Below are positions 26,170 through 39,085 of a DNA stretch of 64,000 nucleotides, piece by piece (position 1 is the stretch's first letter; each line of letters begins with the position of its first letter). The stretch lies in NCBI RefSeq assembly GCF_009914755.1, contig NC_060925.1. One strand, given 5' to 3'. This DNA is from the human T2T-CHM13v2.0 reference genome, Homo sapiens. The translations under genes were made by a program, and so were the position numbers. The notes below the pieces were generated by a model. It did not search any database, was not told where the DNA came from, and saw only the letters and a program-made list of their open reading frames with translations.

Positions 26170-28549
26170 GAATGCACACAACACAAGGAAGTTACTGGGA
26201 ATTCTTCTGTCTAGCCTTACATGAAAAAAACCCGTTTCCAACGAAGGCCTCTAAGTGGTCAAAATATCCACGTGCAGACTTTACAAACAGAGTGTTTCCA
26301 AACCGCTGAATGAAAAGAAAAGTTAAACTCTGAGAGTTGAACGCACACATCACGCAGCAGTTTCTGAGAATGATTCTGTCTAGTTTTTATACGAAGATAT
26401 TTCCTTTTCTGCCTTTGGCCCCAAAGCGCTTGAAATCTCCACTTGCAAATTCCACAAAAACAGTGTTTCAAATCTGCTCTCTCTAAATGAAAGTTCAACT
26501 CTGTCAGTTGAATACACACAACACAAGGAAGTTACTGAGAATTCTTCTGTCTAGCATAATATGAAGAAATCCCGTTTCCAACGAAGGCCTCAAAGGGGTC
26601 TGAATATCCACTTGCAGACTTTATAAACAGAGTGTTTACTAACTGCTCTATGAAAAGAAAGGTTAAACTCTGTGAGTTGAACACACACATCACAAAGGAG
26701 TTTCTGAGAATCATTCTGTCTAGTTTTTCTACGAAGATATTTCCTTTTCTACTATTGACCTGAAAGCGGCTGAAATCTCCACTTGCAAATTCCACAAAAA
26801 GAGTGTTTCAAGTCTGCTCTGTGTAAAGGATCGTTCAACTCTGTGAGTTGAATACACACAACACAAGGAAGTTACTGAGAATTCTTCTGTCTAGCAGAAT
26901 AGGAAGAAATCCCGTTTCCAACGAAGGCCTCAAAGAGGTCTGAATATCCACTTGCAGACTTTACAAACAGAGTGTTTCCTAACTGCTCTATGAAAAGAAA
27001 AGTTAAACTCTGTGAGTTGAACGCACACATCACAAAGGAGTTTCTGAGAATCGTTCTGTCTAGTTTCTATAGGAAGATATTTCCTATTCTACCATTGACC
27101 TCAAAGCGGCTGAAATCTCCACTTGCAAATTCCACAAAAAGAATGTTTCAAGTCTGCTCTGTGTAAAGGATCGTTCAACTCTGTGAGTTGAATACACACA
27201 ACACAAGGAAGTTACTGAGAATTATTCTGTCTAGCATAATATGAAGAAATCCCGTTTCCAGCGAAGGCCTCAAAGAGGTCTGAATATCCACTTGCAGACT
27301 TTACAAACAGAGTGTTTCCTAACTGCTCTATGAAAAGAAAAGTTAAACTCTGTGAGTTGAACGCACACATCACAAAGGAGTTTATGAGAATCATTCTGTC
27401 TAGTCTTTATACGAAGATATTTCCTTTTCTACCATTGACCTCAAAGCGGCTGAAATCTCCACTTTCAAATTCCACAAAAAGAGTGTTTCAAGTCTGCTCT
27501 GTGTAAAGGATCGTTCAACTCTGTGAGTAGAATACACACAACACAAGGAAGTTACTGAGAATTCTTCTGTCTAGCAGAATATGAAGAAATCCCGTTTCCA
27601 ACGAAGGCCTCAAGGAGGTCTGAATATCCACTTGCAGACTTTACAAACAGAGTGTTTCCTAACTGCTCTATGAAAAGAAAGGTTAAACTCTGTGAGTTGA
27701 ACGCACACATCACAAAGGAGTTTATGAGAATCATTCTGTCTAGTTTCTATAAGAAGATATTTCCTATTCTACCATTGACCTCAAAGCGGCTGAAATCTCC
27801 ACTTGCAAATTCGACAAAAAGAGTGTTTCAAGCCTGCTCTCTGTAAAGGATCCTTCAACTCTGTGAGTTGAATACACACAACACAAGGAAGTTACTGAGA
27901 ATTATTCTGTCTAGCATAATATGAAGAAATCCCGTTTCCAACGAAGGCCTCAAAGAGGTCTGAATATCCACTTGCAGACTTTACAAACAGAGTGTTTCCT
28001 AACTGCTCTATGAGAAGAAAAGTTAAACTCTGTGAGTTGAACGCACACATCACAAAAGATTTTCTGAGAATCATTCTGTCTAGTCTTTATATGAAGATAG
28101 TTTCCTTTTCTACCATTGACCTCAAAGCGGCTGAAATCTCCACTTGCAAATTCCACAAAAAGAGTGTTTCAAGTCTGCTCTGTGTAAAGGATCGTTCAAC
28201 TCTGTGAGTTGAATACACACAACACAAGGAAGTTACTGAGAATTCTTCTGTCTAGCAGAATATGAAGAAATCCCGTTTCCAACGAAGGCCACAAGATGTC
28301 AGAATATCCACTTGCAGACTTTACAAACAGAGTGTTTCCTAACTGCTCTATGAACAGAAAGGTTAAACTCTGTGAGTTGAACGAACACATCACAACGCAG
28401 TTTGTGGGAATGATTCTGTCTAGTTTTGAAACGAAGATATTTCCTTTTCTGCCGTTGACCTTAAAGCGCTTGAAATCTACACTTGCAAATTGCACAAATA
28501 GAGTGTTTCAAATCTGCTCTGTCTAAGGGAACGTTCAACTCTGTGAGTT
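26170..28549 (-). repeat. HOR unit U13, 14-mer A B C D F G H
   Basis: 2380 bp; dimer markers. Confidence 0.9.
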
Positions 28550-30930
28550 GAATGCACACAACACAAGGAAGTTACTGGGAATTCTTCTGTCTAGCCTTAC
28601 ATGAAAAAAAAACCGCTTCCAACGAAGGCCTCTAAGTGGTCAAAATATCCACGTGCAGACTTTACAAACAGAGTGTTTCCAAACCGCTGAATGAAAAGAA
28701 AAGTTAAACTCTGAGAGTTGAACGCACACATCACGCAGCAGTTTCTGAGAATGATTCTGTCTAGTTTTTATACGAAGATATTTCCTTTTCTGCCCTTGGC
28801 CCCAAAGCGCTTGAAATCTCCACTTGCAAATTCCACAAAAACAGTGTTTCAAATCTGCTCTCTCTAAATGAAAGTTCAACTCTGTCAGTTGAATACACAC
28901 AACACAAGGAAGTTACTGAGAATTCTTCTGTCTAGCATAATATGAAGAAATCCCGTTTCCAACGAAGGCCTCAAAGGGGTCTGAATATCCACTTGCAGAC
29001 TTTATAAACAGAGTGTTTACTAACTGCTCTATGAAAAGAAAGGTTAAACTCTGTGAGTTGAACACACACATCACAAAGGAGTTTCTGAGAATCATTCTGT
29101 CTAGTTTTTCTACGAAGATATTTCCTTTTCTACTATTGACCTCAAAGCGGTTGAAATCTCCACTTGCAAATTCCACAAAAAGAGTGTTTCAAGTCTGCTC
29201 TGTGTAAAGGATCGTTCAACTCTGTGAGTTGAATACACACAACACAAGGAAGTTACTGAGAATTCTTCTGTCTAGCAGAATATAAAGAAATCCCGTTTCC
29301 AACGAAGGCCTCAAAGAGGTCTGAATATCCACTTGCAGACTTTACAAACAGAGTGTTTCCTAACGGCTCTATGAAAAGAAAAGTTAAACTCTGTGAGTTG
29401 AACGCACACATCACAAAGGAGTTTCTGAGAATCGTTCTGTCTAGTTTCTATAGGAAGATATTTCCTATTCTACCATTGACCTCAAAGCGGCTGAAATCTC
29501 CAGTTGCAAATTCCACAAAAAGAATGTTTCAAGTCTGCTCTGTGTAAAGGATCGTTCAACTCTGTGAGTTGAATACACACAACACAAGGAAGTTACTGAG
29601 AATTCTTCTGTCTAGCAGAATATGAAGAAATCCCGTTTCCAACGAAGGCCTCAAAGAGGTCTGAATATCCACTTGCAGACTTTACAAACAGAGTGTTTCC
29701 TAACTGCTCTATGAAAAGAAAAGTTAAACTCTGTGAGTTGAACGCACACATCACAAAGGAGTTTATGAGAATCATTCTGTCTAGTCTTTATACGAAGATA
29801 TTTCCTTTTCTACCATTGACCTCAAAGCGGCTGAAATCTCCACTTGCAAATCCCACAAAAAGAGTGTTTCAAGTCTGCTCTGTGTAAAGGATCGTTCAAC
29901 TCTGTGAGTTGAATACACACAACACAAGGAAGTTACTGAGAATTCTTCTGTCTAGCAGAATATGAAGAAATCCCGTTTCCAACGAAGGCCTCAAGGAGGT
30001 CTGAATATCCACTTGCAGACTTTACAAACAGAGTGTTTCCTAACTGCTCTATGAACAGAAAGGTAAAACTCTGTGAGTTTAACGCACACATCACAAAGGA
30101 GTTTCTGAGAATCATTCTGTCTAGTCTTTATACGAAGATATTTACTTTTCTACCATTGACCTCAAAGCGGCTGAAATCTCCACTTGCAAATTCCAGAAAA
30201 AGAGTGTTTCAAGTCTGCTCTGTGTAAAGGATCATTCAACTCTGTGAGTTGAATACACACAACACAAGGAAGTTACTGAGAATTATTCTGTCTAGCATAA
30301 TATGAAGAAATCCCGTTTCCAACGAAGGCCTCAAAGAGGTCTGAATATCCACTTGCAGACTTTACAAACAGAGTGTTTCCTAACTGCTCTATGAGAAGAA
30401 AAGTTAAACTCTGTGAGTTCAACGCACACATAACAAAAGATTTTCTGAGAATCATTCTGTCTAGTCTTTATATGAAGATAGTTTCCTTTTCTACCATTGA
30501 CCTCAAAGCGGCTGAAATCTCCACTTGCAAATTCCACAAAAAGAGTGTTTCAAGTCTGCTCTGTGTAAAGGATCGTTCAACTCTGTGAGTTGAATACACA
30601 CAACACAAGGAAGTTACTGAGAATTCTTCTGTCTAGCAGAATATGAAGAAATCCCGTTTCCAACGAAGGCCACAAGATGTCAGAATATCCACTTACAGAC
30701 TTTACTAACAGAGTGTTTCCTAACTGCTCTATGAACAGAAAGGTTAAACTCTGTGAGTTGAACGAACACATCACAACGCAGTTTTTGGGAATGATTCTGT
30801 CTAGTTTTGAAACGAAGATATTTCCTTTTCTGCCGTTGACCTTAAAGAGCTTGAAAACTACACTTGCAAATTGCACAAATAGAGTGTTTCAAATCTGCTC
30901 TGTCTAAGGGAACGTTCAACTCTGTGAGTT
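28550..30930 (-). repeat. HOR unit U14, 14-mer A B C D E G H, rich in private variants
   Basis: 2381 bp; the A dimer has an A9 tract and a damaged box. Confidence 0.88.
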
Positions 30931-33650
30931 GAATGCACACAACACAAGGAAGTTACTGGGAATTCTTCTGTCTAGCCTTACATGAAAAAAACCCGTTTCC
31001 AACCAAGGCCTCTAAGTGGTCAAAATTTCCACGTGCAGACTTTACAAACAGAGTGTTTCCAAACCGCTGAATGAAAAGAAAAGTTAAACTCTGAGAGTTG
31101 AACGCACACATCACGCAGCAGTTTCTGAGAATGATTCTGTCTAGTTTTTATACGAAGATATTTCCTTTTCTGCCTTTGGCCCCAAAGCGCTTGAAATCTC
31201 CACTTGCAAATTCCACAAAAACAGTGTTTCAAATCTGCTCTCTCTAAATGAAAGTTCAACTCTGTCAGTTGAATACACACAACACAAGGAAGTTACTGAG
31301 AATTCTTCTGTCTAGCATAATATGAAGAAATCCCGTTTCCAACGAAGGCCTCAAAGGGGTCTGAATATCCACTTGCAGACTTTATAAACAGAGTGTTTAC
31401 TAACTGCTCTATGAAAAGAAAGGTTAAACTCTGTGAGTTGAACACACACATCACAAAGGAGTTTCGGAGAATCATTCTGTCTAGTTTTTCTACGAAGATA
31501 TTTCCTTTTCTACTATTGACCTCAAAGCGGCTGAAATCTCCACTTGCAAATTCCACAAAAAGAGTGTTTCAAGTCTGCTCTGTGTAAAGGATCGTTCAAC
31601 TCTGTGAGTTGAATACACACAACACAAGGAAGTTACTGAGAATTCTTCTGTCTAGCAGAATATAAAGAAATCCCGTTTCCAACGAAGGCCTCAAAGAGGT
31701 CTGAATATCCACTTGCAGACTTTACAAACAGAGTGTTTCCTAACGGCTCTATGAAAAGAAAAGTTAAACTCTGTGAGTTGAACGCACACATCACAAAGGA
31801 GTTTCTGAGAATCGTTCTGTCTAGTTTCTATAGGAAGATATTTCCTATTCTACCATTGACCTCAAAGCGGCTGAAATCTCCACTTGCAAATTCCACAAAA
31901 AGAATGTTTCAAGTCTGCTCTGTGTAAAGGATCGTTCAACTCTGTGAGTTGAATACACACAACACAAGGAAGTTACTGAGAATTATTCTGTCTAGCATAA
32001 TATGAAGAAATCCCGTTTCCAACGAAGGCCTCAAAGAGGTCTGAATATCCACTTGCAGACTTTACAAACAGAGTGTTTCCTAACTGCTCTATGAAAAGAA
32101 AAGTTAAACTCTGTGAGATGAACGCACACATCACAAAGGTGTTTATGAGAATCATTCTGTCTAGTCTTTATACGAAGATATTTCCTTTTCTACCATTGAC
32201 CTCAAAGCGGCTGAAATCTCCACTTGCAAATTCCACAAAAAGAGTGTTTCAAGTCTGCTCTGTGTAAAGGATCGTTCAACTCTGTGAGTTGAATACACAC
32301 AACACAAGGAAGTTACTGAGAATTCTTCTGTCTAGCAGAATATGAAGAAATCCCGTTTCCAACGAAGGCCTCAAGGAGGTCTGAATATCCACTTGCAGAC
32401 TTTACAAACAGAGTGTTTCCTAACTGCTCTATGAACAGAAAGGTAAAACTCTGTGAGTTTAACGCACACATCACAAAGGAGTTTCTGAGAATCATTCTGT
32501 CTAGTCTTTATACGAAGATATTTACTTTTCTACCATTGACCTCAAAGCGGCTGAAATCTCCACTTGCAAATTCCACAAAAAGAGTGTTTCAAGTCTGCTC
32601 TGTGTAAAGGATCATTCAACTCTGTGAGTTGAATAAACACAACACAAGGAAGTTACTGAGAATTCTTCTGTCTAGCAGAATATGAAGAAATCCCGTTTCC
32701 AACGAAGGCCTCAAGGAGGTCTGAATATCCACTTGCAGACTTTACAAACAGAGTGTTTCCTAACTGCTCTATGAAAAGAAAGGTTAAACTCTGTGAGTTG
32801 AACGCACACATCACAAAGGAGTTTATGAGAATCATTCTGTCTAGTTTCTATAAGAAGATATTTCCTATTCTACCATTGACCTCAAAGCGGCTGAAATCTC
32901 CACTTGCAAATTCGACAAAAAGAGTGTTTCAAGCCTGCTCTCTGTAAAGGATCCTTCAACTCTGTGAGTTGAATACACACAACACAAGGAAGTTACTGAG
33001 AATTCTTCTGTCTAGCATAATATGAAGAAATCCCGTTTCCAACGAAGGCCTCAAAGAGGTCTGAATATCCACTTGCAGACTTTACAAACAGAGTGTTTCC
33101 TAACTGCTCTATGAGAAGAAAAGTTAAACTCTGTGAGTTGAACGCACACATCACAAAAGATTTTCTGAGAATCATTCTGTCTAGTCTTTATATGGAGATA
33201 GTTTCCTTTTCTACCATTGACCTCAAAGCGGCTGAAATCTCCACTTGCAAATTCCACAAAAAGAGTGTTTCAAGTCTGCTCTGTGTAAAGGATCGTTCAA
33301 CTCTGTGAGTTGAATACACACAACACAAGGAAGTTTCTGAGAATTCTTCTGTCTAGCAGAATATGAAGAAATCCCGTTTCCAACGAAGGCCACAAGATGT
33401 CAGAATATCCACTTACAGACTTTGCAAACAGAGTGTTTCCTAACTGCTCTATGAACAGAAAGGTTAAACTCTGTGAGTTGAACGAACACATCACAACGCA
33501 GTTTGTGGGAATGATTCTGTCTAGTTTTGAAACGAAGATATTTCCTTTTCTGCCGTTGACCTTAAAGCGCTTGAAATCTACACTTGCAAATTGCACAAAT
33601 AGAGTGTTTCAAATCTGGTCTGTCTAAGGGAACGTTCAACTCTGTGAGTT
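30931..33650 (-). repeat. HOR unit U15, full 16-mer
   Basis: 2720 bp; all of A-H present. Confidence 0.9.
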
Positions 33651-36368
33651 GAATGCACACAACACAAGGAAGTTACTGGGAATTCTTCTGTCTAGCCTTA
33701 CATGAAAAAACCCGTTTCCAACGAAGGCCTCTAAGTGGTCAAAATATCCACGTGCAGACTTTACAAACAGAGTGTTTCCAAACCGCTGAATGAAAAGAAA
33801 AGTTAAACTCTGAGAGTTGAACGCACACATCATGCAGCAGTTTCTGAGAATGATTCTGTCTAGTTTTTATACGAAGATATTTCCTTTTCTGCCTTTGGCC
33901 CCAAAGCGCTTGAAATCTCCACTTGCAAATTCCACAAAAACAGTGTTTCAAATCTGCTCTCTCTAAATGAAAGTTCAACTCTGTCAGTTGAATACACACA
34001 ACACAAGGAAGTTACTGAGAATTCTTCTGTCTAGCATAATATGAAGAAATCCCGTTTCCAACGAAGGCCTCAAAGGGGTCTGAATATCCACTTGCAGACT
34101 TTATAAACAGAGTGTTTACTAACTGCTCTATGAAAAGAAAGGTTAAACTCTGTGAGTTGAACACACACATCACAAAGGAGTTTCTGAGAATCATTCTGTC
34201 TAGTTTTTCTACGAAGATATTTCCTTTTCTACTATTGACCTCAACGCGGCTGAAATCTCCACTTGCAAATTCCACAAAAAGAATGTTTCAAGTCTGCTCT
34301 GTGTAAAGGACCGTTCAACTCTGTGAGTTGAATACACACAACACAAGGAAGTTACTGAGAATTCTTCTGTCTAGCAGAATAGGAAGAAATCCCGTTTCCA
34401 ACGAAGGCCTCAAAGAGGTCTGAATATCCACTTGCAGACTTTACAAACAGAGTGTTTCCTAACTGCTCTATGAAAAGAAAGGTTAAACTCTGTGAGTTGA
34501 ACACACACATCACAAAGGAGTTTCTGAGAATCGTTCTGTCTAGTTTCTATAGGAAGATATTTCCTATTCTACCATTGACCTCAAAGCGGCTGAAATCTCC
34601 ACTTGCAAATTCCACAAAAAGAATGTTTCAAGTCTGCTCTGTGTAAAGGACCGTTCAACTCTGTGATTTGAATACACACAACACAAGGAAGTTACTGAGA
34701 ATTATTCTGTCTAGCAGAATATGAAGAAATCCCGTTTCCAACGAAGGCCCCAAAGAGGTCTGAATATCCACTTTCAGACTTTACAAACAGAGTGTTTCCT
34801 AACTGCTCTATGAAAAGAAAAGTTAAACTCTGTGAGTTGAACGCACACATCACAAAGGAGTTTATGAGAATCATTCTGTCTAGTCTTTATACGAAGATAT
34901 TTCCTTTTCTACCATTGACCTCAAAGCGGCTGAAATCTCCACTTTCAAATTCCACAAAAGAGTGTTTGAAGTCTGCTCTGTGTAAAGGATCGTTCAACTC
35001 TGTGAGTAGAATACACACAACACAAGGAAGTTACTGAGAATTCTTCTGTCTAGCAGAATATGAAGAAATCCCGTTTCCAACGAAGGCCTCAAGGAGGTCT
35101 GAATATCCACTTGCAGACTTTACAAACAGAGTGTTTCCTAACTGCTCTATGAACAGAAAGGTTAAACTCTGTGAGTTGAACGCACACATCACAAAGGAGT
35201 TTCTGAGAATGATTCTGTCTAGTCTTTATACGAAGATATTTACTTTTCTACCATTGACTTCAAAGCGGCTGAAATCTCCACCTGCAAATTCCACAAAAAG
35301 AGTGTTTCAAGTCTGCTCTGTGTAAAGGATCATTCAACTCTGTGAGTTGAATAAACACAACACAAGGAAGTTACTGAGAATTCTTCTGTCTAGCAGAATA
35401 TGAAGAAATCCCGTTTCCAACGAAGGCCTCAAGGAGGTCTGAATATCCACTTGCAGACTTTACAAACAGAGTGTTTCCTAACTGCTCTATGAAAAGAAAG
35501 GTTAAACTCTGTGAGTTGAACGCACACATCACAAAGGAGTTTATGAGAATCATTCTGTCTAGTTTCTATAAGAAGATATTTCCTATTCTACCATTGACCT
35601 CAAAGCGGCTGAAATCTCCACTTGCAAATTCGACAAAAAGAGTGTTTCAAGCCTGCTCTCTGTAAAGGATCCTTCAACTCTGTGAGTTGAATACACACAA
35701 CACAAGGAAGTTACTGAGAATTATTCTGTCTAGCATAATATGAAGAAATCCCGTTTCCAACGAAGGCCTCAAAGAGGTCTGAATATCCACTTGCAGACTT
35801 TACAAACAGAGTGTTTCCTAACTGCTCTATGAGAAGAAAAGTTAAACTCTGTGAGTTGAACGCACACATCACAAAAGATTTTCTGAGAATCATTCTGTCT
35901 AGTCTTTATATGAAGATAGTTTCCTTTTCTACCATTGACCTCAAAGCGGCTGAAATCTCCACTTGCAAATTCCACAAAAAGAGTGTTTCAAGTCTGCTCT
36001 GTGTAAAGGATCGTTCAACTCTGTGAGTTGAATACACACAACACAAGGAAGTTACTGAGAATTCTTCTGTCTAGCAGAATATGAAGAAATCCCGTTTCCA
36101 ACGAAGGCCACAAGATGTCAGAATATCCACTTACAGACTTTACAAACAGAGTGTTTCCTAACTGCTCTATGAACAGAAAGGTTAAACTCTGTGAGTTGAA
36201 CGAACACATCACAACGCAGTTTGTGGGAATGATTCTGTCTAGTTTTGAAACGAAGATATTTCCTTTTCTGCCGTTGACCTTAAAGCGCTTGAAATCTACA
36301 CTTGCAAATTGCACAAATAGAGTGTTTCAAATCTGCTCTGTCTAAGGGAACGTTCAACTCTGTGAGTT
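33651..36368 (-). repeat. HOR unit U16, full 16-mer (paralog of U1 from C onward)
   Basis: 2718 bp; shares gaaggcccc, ctttcagac and acctgcaa with U1. Confidence 0.9.
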
Positions 36369-39085
36369 GAATGCACACAACACAAGGAAGTTACTGGGAA
36401 TTCTTCTGTCTAGCCTTACATGAAAAAACCCGTTTCCAACGAAGGCCTCTAAGTGGTCAAAATATCCACGTGCAGACTTTACAAACAGAGTGTTTCCAAA
36501 CCGCTGAATGAAAAGAAAAGTTAAACTCTGAGAGTTGAACGCACACATCACGCAGCAGTTTCTGAGAATGATTCTGTCTAGTTTTTATACGAAGATATTT
36601 CCTTTTCTGCCTTTGGCCCCAAAGCGCTTGAAATCTCCACTTGCAAATTCCACAAAAACAGTGTTTCAAATCTGCTCTCTCTAAATGAAAGTTCAACTCT
36701 GTCAGTTGAATACACACAACACAAGGAAGTTACTGAGAATTCTTCTGTCTAGCATAATATGAAGAAATCCCGTTTCCAACGAAGGCCTCAAAGGGGTCTG
36801 AATATCCACTTGCAGACTTTATAAACAGAGTGTTTACTAACTGCTCTATGAAAAGAAAGGTTAAACTCTGTGAGTTGAACACACACATCACAAAGGAGTT
36901 TCTGAGAATCATTCTGTCTAGTTTTTCTACGAAGATATTTCCTTTTCTACTATTGACCTGAAAGCGGCTGAAATCTCCACTTGCAAATTCCACAAAAAGA
37001 GTGTTTCAAGTCTGCTCTGTGTAAAGGATCGTTCAACTCTGTGAGTTGAATACACACAACACAAGGAAGTTACTGAGAATTCTTCTGTCTAGCAGAATAT
37101 GAAGAAATCCCGTTTTCAACGAAGGCCTCAAAGGGATCTGAATATCCACTTGCAGAATTTACAAACAGTGTTTCCTAACTGCTCTATGAAAAGAAAAGTT
37201 AAACTCTGTGAGTTGAACACACACATCACAAAGGAGTTTCTGAGAATCGTTCTGTCTAGTTTCTATAGGAAGATATTTCCTATTCTACCATTGACCTCAA
37301 AGCATCTGAAATCTCCACTTGCAAATTCCACAAAAAGAATGTTTCAAGTCTGCTCTGTGTAAAGGATCGTTCAACTCTGTGAGTTGAATACACACAACAC
37401 AAGGAAGTTACTGAGAATTATTCTGTCTAGCATAATATGAAGAAATCCCGTTTCCAACGAAGGCCTCAAAGAGGTCTGAATATCCACTTGCAGACTTTAC
37501 AAACAGAGTGTTTCCTAACTGCTCTATGAAAAGAAAAGTTAAACTCTGTGAGTTGAACGCACACATCACAAAGGAGTTTATGAGAATCATTCTGTCTAGT
37601 CTTTATACGAAGATATTTCCTTTTCTACCATTGACCTCAAAGCGGCTGAAATCTCCACTTTCAAATTCCACAAAAAGAGTGTTTCAAGTCTGCTCTGTGT
37701 AAAGGATCGTTCAACTCTGTGAGTAGAATACACACAACACAAGGAAGTTACTGAGAATTCTTCTGTCTAGCAGAATATGAAGAAATCCCGTTTCCAACGA
37801 AGGCCTCAAGGAGGTCTGAATATCCACTTGCAGACTTTACAAACAGAGTGTTTCCTAACTGCTCTATGAACAGAAAGGTTAAACTCTGTGAGTTGAACGC
37901 ACACATCACAAAGGAGTTTCTGAGAATCATTCTGTCTTGTCTTTATACGAAGATATTTACTTTTCTACCATTGACTTCAAAGCGGCTGAAATCTCCACTT
38001 GCAAATTCCACAAAAAGAGTGTTTCAAGTCTGCTCTGTGTAAAGGATCATTCAACTCTGTGAGTTGAATAAACACAACACAAGGAAGTTACTGAGAATTC
38101 TTCTGTCTAGCAGAATATGAAGAAATCCCGTTTCCAACGAAGGCCTCAAGGAGGTCTGAATATCCACTTGCAGACTTTACAAACAGAGTGTTTCCTAACT
38201 GCTCTATGAACAGAAAGGTTAAACTCTGTGAGTTGAACGCACACATCACAAAGGAGTTTCTGAGAATCATTCTGTCTAGTCTTTATACGAAGATATTTAC
38301 TTTTCTACCATTGACTTCAAAGCGGCTGAAATCTCCACTTGCAAATTCCACAAAAAGAGTGTTTCAAGTCTGCTCTGTGTAAAGGATCATTCAACTCTGT
38401 GAGTTGAATACACACAACACAAGGAAGTTACTGAGAATTATTCTGTCTAGCATAATATGAAGAAATCCCGTTTCCAACGAAGGCCTCAAAGAGGTCTGAA
38501 TATCCACTTGCAGACTTTACAAACAGAGTGTTTCCTAACTGCTCTATGAGAAGAAAAGTTAAACTCTGTGAGTTGAACGCACACATCACAAAAGATTTTC
38601 TGAGAATCATTCTGTCTAGTCTTTATAAGAAGATAGCTTCCTTTTCTACCATTGACCTCAAATCGGCTGAAATCTCCACTTGCAAATTCCACAAAAAGAG
38701 TGTTTCAAGTCTGCTCTGTGTAAAGGATCGTTCAACTCTGTGAGTTGAATACACACAACACAAGGAAGTTACTGAGAATTCTTCTGTCTAGCAGAATATG
38801 AAGAAATCCCGTTTCCAACGAAGGCCACAAGATGTCAGAATATCCACTTACAGACTTTACAAACAGAGTGTTTCCTAACTGCTCTATGAACAGAAAGGTT
38901 AAACTCTCTGAGTTGAACGAACACATCACAACGCAGTTTGTGGGAATGATTCTGTCTAGTTTTGAAACGAAGATATTTCCTTTTCTGCCGTTGACCTTAA
39001 AGCGCTTGAAATCTACACTTGCAAATTGCACAAATAGAGTGTTTCAAATCTGCTCTGTCTAAGGGAACGTTCAACTCTGTGAGTT
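36369..39085 (-). repeat. HOR unit U17, 16-mer variant A B C* D E E G H (paralog of U2)
   Basis: Same C* 2-bp deletion, aagcatctga variant and doubled E as U2. Confidence 0.88.
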
